This document shows, piece after piece, positions 51,258-62,856 of a DNA stretch of 64,000 bases (position 1 is the stretch's first letter; each line of letters starts with the position of its first letter). This DNA comes from an uncultured delta proteobacterium (GTDB lineage Bacteria; Myxococcota_A; Polyangia; Fen-1088). The DNA lies in contig CAVTRY010000007.1 in assembly GCA_963737265.1 (NCBI GenBank), forward strand, positions 384,001 to 448,000. Reading direction: 5' to 3'. Under the pieces are notes generated by a model that worked only from the letters and a program-made list of their open reading frames with translations, was not told the DNA's origin and ran no database searches. The position numbers and the translations under genes are program-made.

Positions 51258-51740
51258 TCAGCTGGGCCCGGCGGCGGCACGCGGGCCCAGCGCGGCCAGC
51301 TGCCCGGCCGCGGACAGGCGCACCTCGTCACCCACTCCGTCGTCGCAGGCGATGGCACGGAAGGCCTCGGCGGCGGCACGCGGGGCGACGGCGGGCAGCA
51401 GCTCGGCGGCGGACAGGCGCACCTCGTCACCTACTCCGTCGTCGCAGGCGATGGCCAGACAGCCCTGGGCGGCGGCACGCGGGTCCAGCCGGGGCAGTTC
51501 CCCGGCGGCGGACAGGCGCACCTCGTCACCCACTCCGTCGTCGCAGGCGATGGCCAGACAGCCCTGGGCGGCGGCACGCGGGTCCAGCCGGGGCAGTTCC
51601 CCGGCCGCGGACAGGCGCACCTCGTCGGCGACGCCGTCGTCGCAGGCGATGGCACGGAAGGCTTCGGCAGCGGCACGCGGGTCGTGCTCAGCCAGCTGCT
51701 CGGCGGTGGCCATGGGATCGTCATGGGCGTGGAAGTGCAT
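51258..51740 (-). CDS. Small HEAT-like repeat protein (33-aa repeats)
   Basis: PRAAA(EAFR/QGCL)AIACDDGV(G/A)DEVRLSAA x4; 99-bp DNA period. Confidence 0.65.
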   Translation of the reverse strand: MHFHAHDDPMATAEQLAEHDPRAAAEAFRAIACDDGVADEVRLSAAGELPRLDPRAAAQGCLAIACDDGVGDEVRLSAAGELPRLDPRAAAQGCLAIACDDGVGDEVRLSAAELLPAVAPRAAAEAFRAIACDDGVGDEVRLSAAGQLAALGPRAAAGPS

Positions 51741-51795
51741 GGGTCTGCGGGCTTTCTGTGAGGACGGTTCAGCCTGTGGGTTCCGCTGGAGGTTT

Positions 51796-52068
51796 TTACT
51801 CGACGTCCCTGAGGACTTTTTGCACCTGATCCAGCTGGTCGCGTAGCTGGGCGAGCTGCATGTTGATCTCGCCGAGCTTCATGTCGGTGTGCTGCTGGGC
51901 GGTGATAGCCATCTCAGACAGTCGCCGGTACTCCTCGCTTGTGGTCACCTCGGCTCGTGTCTTCCTGCTGAGGGCAAGCTGCCGTCCCCACTGGAAGATC
52001 GCGTACGCGAGCAGGCCACCGACGACCAGGACGACGGCAACGAAGGCGACAGCGACCGTGCTACTCAT
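51796..52068 (-). CDS. Small single-TM protein with coiled coil
   Basis: N-terminal TM, EEYRRL, QLDQVQKVLRDVE; start overlaps the ArsR stop. Confidence 0.7.
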   Translation of the reverse strand: MSSTVAVAFVAVVLVVGGLLAYAIFQWGRQLALSRKTRAEVTTSEEYRRLSEMAITAQQHTDMKLGEINMQLAQLRDQLDQVQKVLRDVE

Positions 52069-52390
52069 GACCCACCTCTGAATCCCGCTCACTGGCCACC
52101 GTCAGGGTCGTGGCCGCGGCCATGATCGCCTGGGGTGTCAGCTGGATGGCGAACGGCATGACCTCGTAGAACTTCATGGCTTTCCCGTCCTCTGAGACCT
52201 CGATGGCGGCCGAGACCAGCCCGGCTGCCTCCAGCTTGCGCAGGTGGACCTGCAGGAGAGCCCGGCTGATGCCGAGCTCGCGGGCGAGCTGGCTGACGTA
52301 GTTGCGCTGCTTGGCCAGGGCCGCCACGACCCGGAGCCGGTGCGGGTTGGCCAGCGTGGCCAGCACCCGCAGCAGCCCGTCCCCGGTCAT
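52061..52390 (-). CDS. ArsR/SmtB-type winged-helix regulator
   Basis: LANPHRLRVV, YVSQLARELGISRALLQVHLRKLEAAGLV, KFY. Confidence 0.88.
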   Translation of the reverse strand: MTGDGLLRVLATLANPHRLRVVAALAKQRNYVSQLARELGISRALLQVHLRKLEAAGLVSAAIEVSEDGKAMKFYEVMPFAIQLTPQAIMAAATTLTVASERDSEVGHE

Positions 52391-52766
52391 GTCAGCGGCG
52401 TCCACAACGTCCTTTCTTGCACCTGCCAAACTAAGTTAGCATATGCCAAGATCGCTTGCAAGGGCGGCGTCCGCCGGCTCTGGGCACGCAGCTGCCAGCC
52501 GCCTTCCGCGACATTCCGCATCTGAAATAACCGTATTCCTATAATCCGCCACAATTTGTAGTTTTACCCATTATCGGGGTCCTCATCGGCATGACGGCAA
52601 AAGGCCCCCGCCCGGCCGCACATTTAAAAAGCCACTATGATTTCGCCGAAAGAGCAGGTGAGAGTTTCCAGCGGCATCACGCGCGCGCCGGGACCTGGAG
52701 CGAGGCAAGACTTCTTTCGGTTTGCGTGACCGCGTGAAGTGGGAAACAGGCGCGAGGGGGGGATGG

Positions 52767-54213
52767 GTGACGGATCTGCCTGCTGCGACTGCTCCAGGAA
52801 CCGCGCCGGTCTCGGTGGCACGGCTTGAGCCCGATGCGATCGGAGTGTCGCAAGACACCGTGATCGGCATGGCCTCCTCCGCCCCGGCGGTGTCGGTCGG
52901 GCTGACTCTGGCGGCACTCGCCGCGACGACCGCCTACGGCAGTGGGCCGGTCCTCGTCCTCACCGCGATCCCTATGCTCGTCATCGCCAACGCCTACCGG
53001 CGGCTGAACATGTGGAACGCCAACTGCGGCGCGTCCTTCGAGTGGGTCGGCCGGGCGATCAACCCCTACCTCGGATTCATGACCGGCTGGCTGATGATCT
53101 CCGGTTACCTCATCGGAGCCGTGGCCGGCGTCGAATTCATCGGGCCGACGGTCCTCGCCGTGTTCACCACCAGTTCCGGCAGCACCTGGGCAGATATCGG
53201 CATCGCCACCGGCGTCGCGCTCGCCATGCTGGTGATCGCGGTAGTAGGCATCCGCATCACCGCGCAAACCCAGGTCGGCATGGCGGTGGTGGAATACACG
53301 ATCCTCATCGGCATCGCGGCCGCGGGCCTGGTAGCGGTGCTGCGCCACGATCACGGCACCTTCCCGATCACCAAGGGCTGGTTCAGCCTCAGCGGAATCG
53401 GCGGGCACGGCAGCGTTCTGGGCGGCCTGCTCATCGCCGTCTTCATCTTCAGTGGCTGGGAAGGCTCCCTTTACGTCAACGAGGAGGTCAAGCGCCGGCA
53501 CACCAACCCCGGGCCGGGCCGCCATCCTCGCGGTCGCCCTCCTCACCATCATCTACGCCATAGCGGTCATGGGCCTGCAAGGAGTCGTGTCACCGGCCAG
53601 GCTGCAGGCCCACTCCACGGCCGCGCTCACCTACGCGGCACAGGCCCTCGGCGGCCCCAGCCTGGCCAAGGTGATGGCGCTCTCCCTCGCCCTGTCGGTC
53701 ATCGCCGCCACCCTCACCAACATCGTGCTCACCGCCCGGATCATCTATGGCATGGCCTGCCACGGCACACTGCCAAGACTCCTCGGTAACGTCTCCCGGC
53801 GGTTTTCCACCCCGGCCCCCGCCAGCATCCTCGTCGGCCTGATCCTCGTCATCCTCACCTGGGTGTACCTGCTCGCCAACTCGGTACAGGACGCCTTTAC
53901 CGCCGTGATCGACGTCAGCGGCCTGCTGTTCGCCGTCTTCTATATCCTCACCGCGCTGGCCACCATCGCCTATTACCGGCGCCGCGTTCTCACCAGCGCC
54001 TGGAACGCCCTGGTCCTCGGCGTACTCCCCATCACCGCCGCAGGGTTCCTGGCCTGGATCGTCGCTGAATCGGTGCGAAATGCCCCCGCGGCAGAACTCT
54101 GGTCGCTGGCCGGCGTTATCGCCATCGGTCTCGCCGCGATGGCCTTCGCCCGTTTCGTACTGAGACCAGCCTTCTTCCATATCCGGCGGGAGAGCGACAC
54201 CCAGGCACGCTAG
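52767..54213 (+). CDS. APC family amino acid/polyamine permease (frameshift near 53515)
   Basis: MASSAPA, GASFEWV, GFMTGW, FSGWE..NEE, ARIIYGMA; about 12 TM helices. Confidence 0.88.
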
Positions 54214-54250
54214 GCCGGCACCGAAGCCGGGCCAGGCAGGGTCTGCGGGG

Positions 54251-55079
54251 TCAGCGGCCTTGCCAGCGGGGGTCGCGGCCCTCGGTGAAGGCGGCGTGGA
54301 ACTCGGCGTAGTCCTGGCCGGTCATCAGCAGGGCCTGCGTCATCGCTTCCAGTTCAACCGCAGCGGACAGGCTCATGTCCTGCTCGCGGGTGAGCAGGGC
54401 CTTGGTCTGCGCGTAGGCGTGGGCCGGGCCGGTGGCCAGCCGCCGGGCCAGCCGGTCCACCGCCGCCGTCCAGTTCGCCCTCGGCCACCAGTTCGCTGAT
54501 CAGCCCGATGCGCTCGGCGTGCGCGGCGTCGATGGTGTCGCCGAGCATGAGCAGCTGGGTGGCCCGGCCCAGGCCCACCAGGCGCGGCAGCAGGTAGGCG
54601 GCGCCCATGTCCCCGCCGGACAGGCCGACCTTGGTGAACAGGAACGCGAACCGTGCCGCTGGGGTGGCCACCCGGAAGTCCGCCGCCAGCGCGATCACCG
54701 CACCGGCACCGGCCGCCATGCCCTGCAGCCCGGCGACGATGGGAATCGGGCACTCCCGCATGCCCCGGATCACCTCGCCGGTCATCCGGGTGAACGCCAG
54801 CAGTTCGTCCTGGCCCATGGCCAGCGTGGCGCCGATGATCTCGTGGACGTCCCCGCCCGAGCAGAACGCCCGGCCGGAGCCGCGCAGCACCAGTACCCGG
54901 ACGTCCCCGCGGTGCGGCAGCTCGGCCAGCAGGTCCCGCAGGTCGGCGTAGGAGTCGAAGGTGAGCGCGTTCAGCTTGCCCGGCCGGTCCAGCGTGACGG
55001 TGGCGATCCCGTCGGCGCATTCGAACCGGAAATGCCGCCACTCCTGCGTCAGCGGGACCGATCCGCGAAACGGGCTCAT
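54251..55079 (-). CDS. Enoyl-CoA hydratase family protein (frameshifted)
   Basis: LDRPGKLNALTF, AFCSGGDVHEIIG, FTKVGLSGGDMGAAYLLPR. Confidence 0.9.
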
Positions 55080-55187
55080 GGGCGCACCTCCGCACGTCAC
55101 GATATCTCGGTCCATTGACTGTCGTCAGAGACAGGTGAATACTGGTGCTACCCCGCCGCGGCGGGTGCCGAACGAAGAGGGGCCGCA

Positions 55188-56818
55188 ATGGAGCTGTCGC
55201 CCTCCGCCCACATCGATACCTTCTGCCGGGACCACCTCCCGCCCGCCGAACAGTGGCCGGACCTGCGCTTTGACCTCGGCGGGCTGAGTTATCCCGACCG
55301 GCTGAACTGCGCCGAGGCGCTGCTGGACGCCACCATCGCCCGGTTCGGCCCGGATCGCCCCTGCCTGCGCACCCCCACCGAGACGTGGACCTACGGCGAC
55401 CTGCTCCGCCACGCCAACCAGGCCGCCCGGGTGCTGGTCGAGGATTTCGGCCTGGTGCCTGGCAACCGGGTGCTGCTGCGCGGGCCGAACAACCCGTGGC
55501 TGATCGCCTCCTGGTTCGCGGTGATCAAGGCGGGCGGGGTCGCGGTGACCACCATGGCGCTGCTGCGGGCCGGTGAGATCGCCGCGCTGGCCGGCATCAC
55601 CCGGCCGAGCCTGGCCATCTGCGATCACCGTTTCGCCGCCGAACTGGATGCCGCGGACCTCGGCATACCCGGCGATCCGGCTACGGCGGCGACGCCAGCG
55701 ACGACCTGGTCAGCCGCTGCGAGGGCCAGGACGCCAGTTTCCCCGCCGTGGCCACCGCCGCCGACGACGTCGCGCTGCTCGCCCCGACCTCGGGCACCAC
55801 CGGCAAGCCCAAGGCCACCATGCACTTCCACCGCGACGTGCTGGCTATCCAGGACACGTTCGGCCGCCATGTGCTCCAGGCGAGCCCGGACGACCTGTTC
55901 CTGGGCACCCCGCCGGTCGGCTTCACGTTCGGGCTCGGCGGCCTGGTGGTGTTTCCGTTCAGCATCGGTGCCTGCACCCTGCTGCTGGAGCGCGCCTCGC
56001 CGGACGAGCTGGCGGAAGTGGTCGCCGGCCTTGGCGTGACGGCGCTGTTCACGGCGCCGACGATGTACCGGGCGCTGCTGCTGGCCGGCCACCGCGAGGC
56101 GCTGCGCGGCCTGCGCCGGTGCGTCTCGGCCGGCGAGCACCTGCCGCGGGCGGTGTGGGAGGACTTCCACCGCGCCACCGGCGTGCGGATCATCGACGGG
56201 ATCGGCGCCACCGAGATGCTGCACATCTTCATCTCCGCCGCCGGGGACCAGATCCGGCCCGGGTCGACCGGCCTGGCCGTGCCGGGTTACGAGGCGGCGG
56301 TGCTCGGCGAGGACGGGAAGCCGGTGCCCGACGGCGAGCCGGGCAGCCTGGCCGTCAAGGGGCCCACCGGCTGCCGGTACCTGGCCGACGAGCGCCAGCG
56401 CGGCTACGTGCGGGACGGCTGGAACCTCACCGGCGACACCTACATCAGGGACTCCGACGGCTACTACTGGTACCAGGCCCGCAGCGACGACATGATCATC
56501 GCGGCCGGGTACAACATCGCCGGGCCCGAGGTGGAGCAGGCGCTGCTCGGGCACCCCGACGTGGCAGAGACCGGCGTGGTGGCCGCCCCCGATCCCGAGC
56601 GCGGCACGATCGTGAAGGCCTACGTCGTGCTGCGGGACGGCGTCGAGGCCGGCCCGGACAAGGCCGCCGAGCTGCAGGCCTTCGCCAAGCAGGCGATCGC
56701 GCCGTACAAGTACCCGCGCGAGGTCGAGTTCGTCGCCGCCCTGCCCAGGACCGCGACCGGCAAGGTCCAGCGCTACCGGCTCCGCCAGCTCGCCGCCGAC
56801 GCGGGCCGCCCGTCGTGA
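55188..56818 (+). CDS. Aromatic acid-CoA ligase (2-aminobenzoate/benzoate-CoA ligase-like; frameshifted)
   Basis: SAHIDTFCRDHLPP..QWP, TSGTTGKPKATMHFHRD, FTFGLGG, DGIGATEMLHIFIS, PYKYPR, TGKVQR. Confidence 0.88.
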
Positions 56819-57172
56819 CCGGGGCGGCCCGCACGCCTGAACGGGGTGAATGCGGGCCAGAGGCTGCCTGGCGGCAGCGCCGCGGTGCGGGCCCGGTAGG
56901 ACAGGTATCCCGGCAGCGTCTGGGGGAGAATCTCCTCCTCGCAGCGCCCGGTGGGCTTGGAGTCCCACTCCTCACGCATGCCAGCGCAGCCGTTGGCCAT
57001 ACCCGTTAGTATCGGTATTCTGTTGAGTTGCCCTGACGTGTCTTTCGCAGTTGCGCATGCGCATGGCAGCTGGTCAACGACAACGGGTCCTACCGATTGT
57101 TCCGCAGCGCGTCATGTGCTCGGCCTATCTGCCGAGATCGCGTCCTCTTCCGAGCGCCCGGGGGGTTGGCCG

Positions 57173-58078
57173 ATGGCAGAAGACAGCCCCGCCCAGCCTC
57201 TTCCACGGCGTGTATCTGCAAGCGATCGGCATGTGCCGGGCGGCAAGCAGGCGCCGAGAGCCGGGCCGGTACGGCCGGTTCGGCAGGCCGTGCTATCCGA
57301 AGATGCCCTGCGGCACATGCGTAATGCACTGGACTCGGTGAAAGCCGAAGCGCCACCGGAGATGCACGCGCTGCGTGCCGGCGGGTCTGCGTCCCTGCCC
57401 CGGCGGGTGCCTGGCGCGGGCAAGAGGCCTCAGCCGCCCGCGGCCATCGCGCGGCCGAGGCTGCCCTCCCGGGCAGATGAGGCCCCCACGGACGAGTTTC
57501 CGGCCCTGAGCGTCTCGTACCCGGGCGCCAACGCCGAGGAGACCACGGCGCAGCCGGATGCCCAGCCGGAGCCGGGCACCACACCGCCAGCTGAGCTTCT
57601 GCAGGCCCCTGCCCCGCGGCCCTCAGCGCAACAGCAGCTGGATGGGCGAGATCGCACGGACAGGGCAATCGGCCTTCCCGAGAAGCCGCCGGGCCATCAG
57701 GAGAACGGGCAGGACCGCCGGGCGAAGGGACCGGCCCGCCGGACGAAGAGTTTGGCCACCCGGATGAAGCCGCCTGGCCTCCGGACGAAGGCGGCTGGCC
57801 TCCGGACGAAAAGGTCGGCCGCCACCCCGAGCCCAGCGCCGACGACGCGGCCGTCCCGCGCGCCTAAGCCGGCACGGCAGAAGGCATCGGCATCGCCGGG
57901 TGAGCCGACGCAAATGGCCCTGCTGTTCCCGGAGGAGTTGCCACCCGAGCAGGCAATCCTGCGCCCGCCGACCCTCACTTGGCCCCAACGGGCCCGCTGG
58001 GGCAGCCGTATTACCTGGCTGATCCTGGCGCTGGTCCTCGTCTCTGCCGGGCCACTTGCTCTTCTGCTGTCCCGATAA
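57173..58078 (+). CDS. Pro/Ala-rich disordered protein with C-terminal TM anchor
   Basis: Open 301-codon frame, low complexity, terminal ITWLILALVLVSAGPLALLLSR. Confidence 0.6.
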   Translation: MAEDSPAQPLPRRVSASDRHVPGGKQAPRAGPVRPVRQAVLSEDALRHMRNALDSVKAEAPPEMHALRAGGSASLPRRVPGAGKRPQPPAAIARPRLPSRADEAPTDEFPALSVSYPGANAEETTAQPDAQPEPGTTPPAELLQAPAPRPSAQQQLDGRDRTDRAIGLPEKPPGHQENGQDRRAKGPARRTKSLATRMKPPGLRTKAAGLRTKRSAATPSPAPTTRPSRAPKPARQKASASPGEPTQMALLFPEELPPEQAILRPPTLTWPQRARWGSRITWLILALVLVSAGPLALLLSR

Positions 58079-58149
58079 GGTGCCGGCATCGAGACGACGG
58101 CAGCCGGATGCGCCGGGCGTGATGGCTCCTGTCTGGTCGCGGGGAGAAC

Positions 58150-58838
58150 TCAACGGCCGTTGTCGTCTGGGGACGAGGGAGGCCGAGTGTCCGTTATGGG
58201 GCCCGGGCGCTGCCGGCCCCCGTCGCGATCTGCTGCCCATGGACCTGTGGGCACCGGTGGCGGTTCTCCCGGCGGTTTCTCGGCTGGCTCCCAGGGCGGG
58301 CCTGCCGGGTCCTTTCCGATGCCGTTATCCCCTGGTTCGGCTCCCCATGCTTGCAGGGTGCCGGGCGGCGTGTCCCATGTGGAGGGGTCATGCGCCGTAT
58401 TGGCCGCCTCCGCGGGGACGTGGCTGGCCGTGCGGCCGTCGGGCGAAGAACCGCTCCGGGCGGACTCGTCCAGGCCTCGATCTCCGGGGCGGCGGGTGCC
58501 GGGACCGGGTGGGCCGACGGCCGGACCCAGGACACCACGGCGCAGGAGCGCAAGGCGGGTGAAATCTGGCCGCGCTGTACGGATTTCCCCGGAGCCGGCC
58601 GGCCTGAGACCGCGTGCCGGCGACGAGCCGCCCCGGCCTCCTGCGGGACACGCGTGAAACCGCGTGCTGCTTCGCGCCACCTCCGGCCACGGATGATGAT
58701 GAGGCCGATGACGCACGCCAGGGCGATCGCCAACAGGGCGAACTCCCGGTACCGCAGAACTTCCCGGATGACCGGACCGGATGCCGTAACCCAGGTGCGG
58801 AACCGATGTGCCGTGGTCCCAACGCTCCCATCAAGCAC
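58150..58838 (-). CDS. Single-TM protein with Pro-rich tail (probably frameshifted)
   Basis: FALLAIALACVIGLIII TM 12 bp after the tadC stop, with AGGAG SD; tail in ORF 58150..58716. Confidence 0.45.
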
Positions 58839-58850
58839 AGATGCCAGCTC

Positions 58851-59761
58851 CTACTTGTTAAACAGCGTATGCGCGATCTCGATGATCCCTGGCCCGAGGA
58901 TCACCACCATCAGCGCCGGGAAAAGGCAGAAGATCAGCGGGAAGGTGATCTTCACCGGTACCTTCTGCGCCTGTTCCTCGGCCCGCTGGCGGCGCCGCAC
59001 CCGCATCTCCTTGGCTTGCTCGCGCAGCACGTGGGCGACCGGAATGCCCATTTCGGCGGACTGGACCAGGGCGGCGACAAAGGCCCGCAGTTCCGGCACG
59101 GTGGTGCGGTCGGCCATCGCCCGCAGTGCCTCGGTGCGGGACTTGCCGATCTGCATCTCCTGCAGCACGCGGGAGAATTCCGCGGCCAGCGGTCCCTTGG
59201 TGTTGCGCGCGACCTGCGCGAGCGCGGCGTCGAACCCGAGGCCGGCCTCCACGCAGATGGTCAGCATGTCCAGCGCGTCCGGCAGGACAACCGGGATCTG
59301 CTGCTGCCGCTTCAGCCCCGAGTTGTACAGCAGCAGGTCGGGCAGGAAGAAGCCGATCACGGCACCGAGCCCGCCGCCCACGATGAGCAGCTCCGGGTTG
59401 TGCAGCCCGTACAGGGCGCCGAGCAAGCCCAGCGCCACCAGGCCGAGCCCCTTGACGGCGAGCATGCGGTCGGAGGTCCAGCCGCGCGGGTTGCCCGCGA
59501 TGTCGAGCCTGCGCTGCATGATGGTGGCGACGCCGGCGGGCGAAAGCCGCTCCGCCAGGCGCCGCAGCCAGTCGGGGAGCTTGAACGGGTCGGCGTCCTT
59601 GCTGCGGCCGACGGCGTCGCGGGTGTACCGCTCGTCGATCGTGGCCAGCGCCCGGCCGACGCTCGGCCGCGCCTGCCGCGCCGGCATCAGCGCCACGCCA
59701 TGGCCGCGATCGCCAGCGCGAGGGCGGCGAGCCCGCCGATGAGAAGCGCAGAACCGGACAT
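58851..59761 (-). CDS. tadC: Tad pilus T2SSF-family protein TadC
   Basis: LPDALDMLTICVEAGLGFD, RRRQRAEEQAQKVPVKITFPL. Confidence 0.92.
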
Positions 59762-59762
59762 C

Positions 59763-61493
59763 TCAGATCTCTACCTTGATCATCTTGCGCATCCAGAGAG
59801 CACCGAACACCAGCAGCACCGATGGCGGCGACGAGCAGGAGCTCGCCCGATGCGTGGTGTAGAGCGGGCGCATGTACTGCGGGCTGCTGATGAACAGCCA
59901 GATGCCGACCAGCACCGGCAGCGCGACGAGGACGTAGGCGGACAGCCGGCCCTCGGCGCTGAGCGCACGCACCTGGCGGCGGAGGAATGCGCGCTCCCGG
60001 ATCGTGCCCGCGATGGTGAGCAGCACCTCGGCGAGGTTGCCGCCGACGCCCTGCTGGATGCGGATGGCCATGACCGTCCAGCGCAGGTCGTCGGAATCCA
60101 TCCGGTTCGCGACTGTCTCCAGCCCGTCCTCGAGGTTGCCGCCGAGCCGGACCTCGGCCAGGGCGCGGGAGAGCTCCCCAGCAGCGGGCTGAGCGTCCTC
60201 GCGCACCACCGCGTCCAGCGCCTGGGGCAGCGAGAAGCCGGACTTCAGCGCGCTGGCGATGAGCTGCAGCATGTCCGGCAGTTGCTCGCCGAAGGCCGCC
60301 CGCCGCCGCACGATCCGCATGCTCAGCGAGAGCCGCATGACCAGCCAGCCGATCAGCGCTCCCGCCAGGACGCCGAGCAGGACGTAGCTGGTGACAAGGC
60401 TCAGCGCCGCCGCGATCACGACGCCCAGGCAGACCGCCCAGCAGCGCCCATTCGGCCGGCTTGCGCGCGACTCCCGCCAGGTCCAGGCGCTCGGCGAGGC
60501 GTTCCTGCGCCGCGGAGGTCATCAGCCGCTTGGTCACACCCTGGGCGGCGCGGCTCGACCCTCCCCGTGTCCGCGGCCTCGTCCTCGGCCGCTGCGGCCG
60601 TGTGCTCCGGGCCGTACTGTTCGATCCGCCCGCCAGATCTCGGTCCCGGCCGGCACGGGCTACGGAGCCGAACAGCGCAGTCAGCACCAGCAGGAACAGC
60701 GCCGCGAAGAGGGCCGCCAGGCCTGCGACTAGCGACCACGGCCAGGTGGGCGCGGCACTGATGGCGGCTCGTGTGTCTTCGCCTGCGGCCGGTGAGTCCT
60801 CGCTGCTGGCGGACGGAGTCCTCGACGGCGTCGGGAACGCGGCCCGCAGCAAGCGCGGCTGCGCCCCCGGGACCGGCCAGGTGACCACCGCTGCTGGCCG
60901 CGAGCGGTCTCAGCATGCCGACGTTGTCGTCGCTGTCCGTGCTCTGCGTGATGACATCGGTGGGGATGGTCGCGGCGGGGGCGGGGCCGACCAGGTTCTC
61001 GGCGTCGGAGACAACGAGAAGCCTGCTTCCGGCCGTGCGCAGACCAGGCACGGCCGAGGTCACGCCGAGCCAGCGCGGCTGTAGAGTCCCTCCGAGTTGT
61101 AGAAGCTCCCCCCGGCGGCCTTCGTGGCGGGCACGGCCGCCTCCAGCCGTGCGCGGTCGGTGGTCGGGCGCAGCACCAGCTGCCACTGGCTGGCGAACTG
61201 TGATCAGCCCGGCGGGCACGTCCGGCGGGAGCGCGCGTGCGTACGCCAGCGCCGCCGCGCGCGCGATGGCCAGCCAGCCCAGCGAACTGTTGTTGTCGAG
61301 CAGGATCATCACCGTGCGGGGCTGGGCCGGCGGCCAGTGCGCTGGCCGTGCTGGCGGCGCCCGCCGGCAGCGCCAGCAGAATTCCCGCGCAGGCCAGCAC
61401 CGCACATGCGCGCGTTATCAGCGGCGTGCCGGTACCGCGGCCCTGGCCCTTTCGGTGCGGCACGGTCACCCGCCTCACGGCCAGCCGGGTCAT
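59763..61493 (-). CDS. tadB: TadB with N-terminal VWA-like domain (frameshifted)
   Basis: QLPDMLQLIASALKSGFS, GGNLAEVL, ALSAEGRLS; upstream ILLDNNSS..LLVVSD..LAASSGG. Confidence 0.8.
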
Positions 61494-62856
61494 CGTTCGA
61501 ACTCCCCGGAAGATTCCCGGCGGCACGTGGATACCCCGGTCGGCCAGCCGGTTGAGGAACAGCGGGCGCAGGCCAGTGCTGCGCAGTGTGCCCCGGTGGC
61601 GGCCACGCTCGTCCGTCCCCGCATGGAAGTCGAACAGGAACAGGTCCTGCAGCATGACGACCTCGCCCTCCATGCCGTGCACCTCGGTGATGTGGGTGAT
61701 CCTCCGGGAGCCGTCCTTCAGCCGGGCCTGGTGCAGGATCAGGTCGATGGCCGAGGCCATCTGGTCGCGGATCGCGCGCTGGGTCAGCTCCACGTTGGCC
61801 ATCATCACCATCGTCTCCATCCGGGACAGCGAGTCGCGCGGCGAGTTGGAGTGAATGGTGGTGATGGAGCCGTCGTGGCCGGTGTTCATGGCCTGGAGCA
61901 TGTCGAGGGTGGCCTCGTCGCGCACCTCGCCGATGATGATCCGGTCCGGCCGCATGCGCAGCGCGTTGCGCACCAGGTCCCGGATCGTGATCTCGCCGCG
62001 CTTTTCCAGGTTGGGCGGGCGGGACTCCAGCCGGAGCACGTGCTCCTGGCGCAGTTGCAGTTCCGCCGCGTCCTCGATGGTGACGATCCGCTCATCTTCC
62101 GGCACGAAGGCGGACAGCACGTTCAGCGTGGTTGTCTTGCCTGAGCCAGTGCCGCCGCCGATCACGATATTCAGGCGGCCTTCCACGCAGACCCGCAGCA
62201 GGTCGGCTACCTGGGGGGTCATGGTGCCGAAATGGATGAGGTGGCCCACCGTGAGCGGCTCGACGGCAAACTTCCTGATCGTCAGCAGCGAGCCGTCGAG
62301 CGCCACCGGCGGCACGACCGCGTTGACCCGGCTGCCGTCGGGCAGCCGGGCGTCCACCATGGGGCTGGACTCGTCCACCCGCCGGCCGACCCGTGCCACG
62401 ATCTTGTCGATGGTGCGGCGCAGATGGCTCTCGTCGGCGAAGGCCGCCTCCACCGGGTACAGCAGGCCGTCGCGCTCGACGTAGATCTGGTCGTGGCCGT
62501 TGACCATGATCTCGGATACGTCCGGGTCGCGCAGGTAGGGCTCCAGCGGGCCGTGGCCGAGGATGTCGTCCGCCACCTCCTGCGCGACCCGTACCCGGTC
62601 GGCCGTGGTCATGGGGGTCTCGTCGCGCTGCAGCACCGCCTGCAGCGTCTGAGTCACCTGCTGTTCCAGTTCTCGCTGCTCGATGTGCGCGTCGTAGAGC
62701 TTCGGCCCGAGCGTCTCCAGCAGCGCCTCGTGCACACTGCGCTTCAGCGGGCCGAACGGATCGGCATGGCGGGCCGCGCGGCGGGGCGCACCGCGGCCGT
62801 TCGAGCGGCGGCGCGCCAGCCATCCGCAGCTGGGAGAGCCGGTCGGACAGGCTCAT
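61490..62856 (-). CDS. cpaF: Tad secretion ATPase CpaF/TadA
   Basis: DARLPDGSRVN, GGTGSGKTT, IEDAAEL, LRMRPDRIIIGEVR, AMNTGHDGS. Confidence 0.95.
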
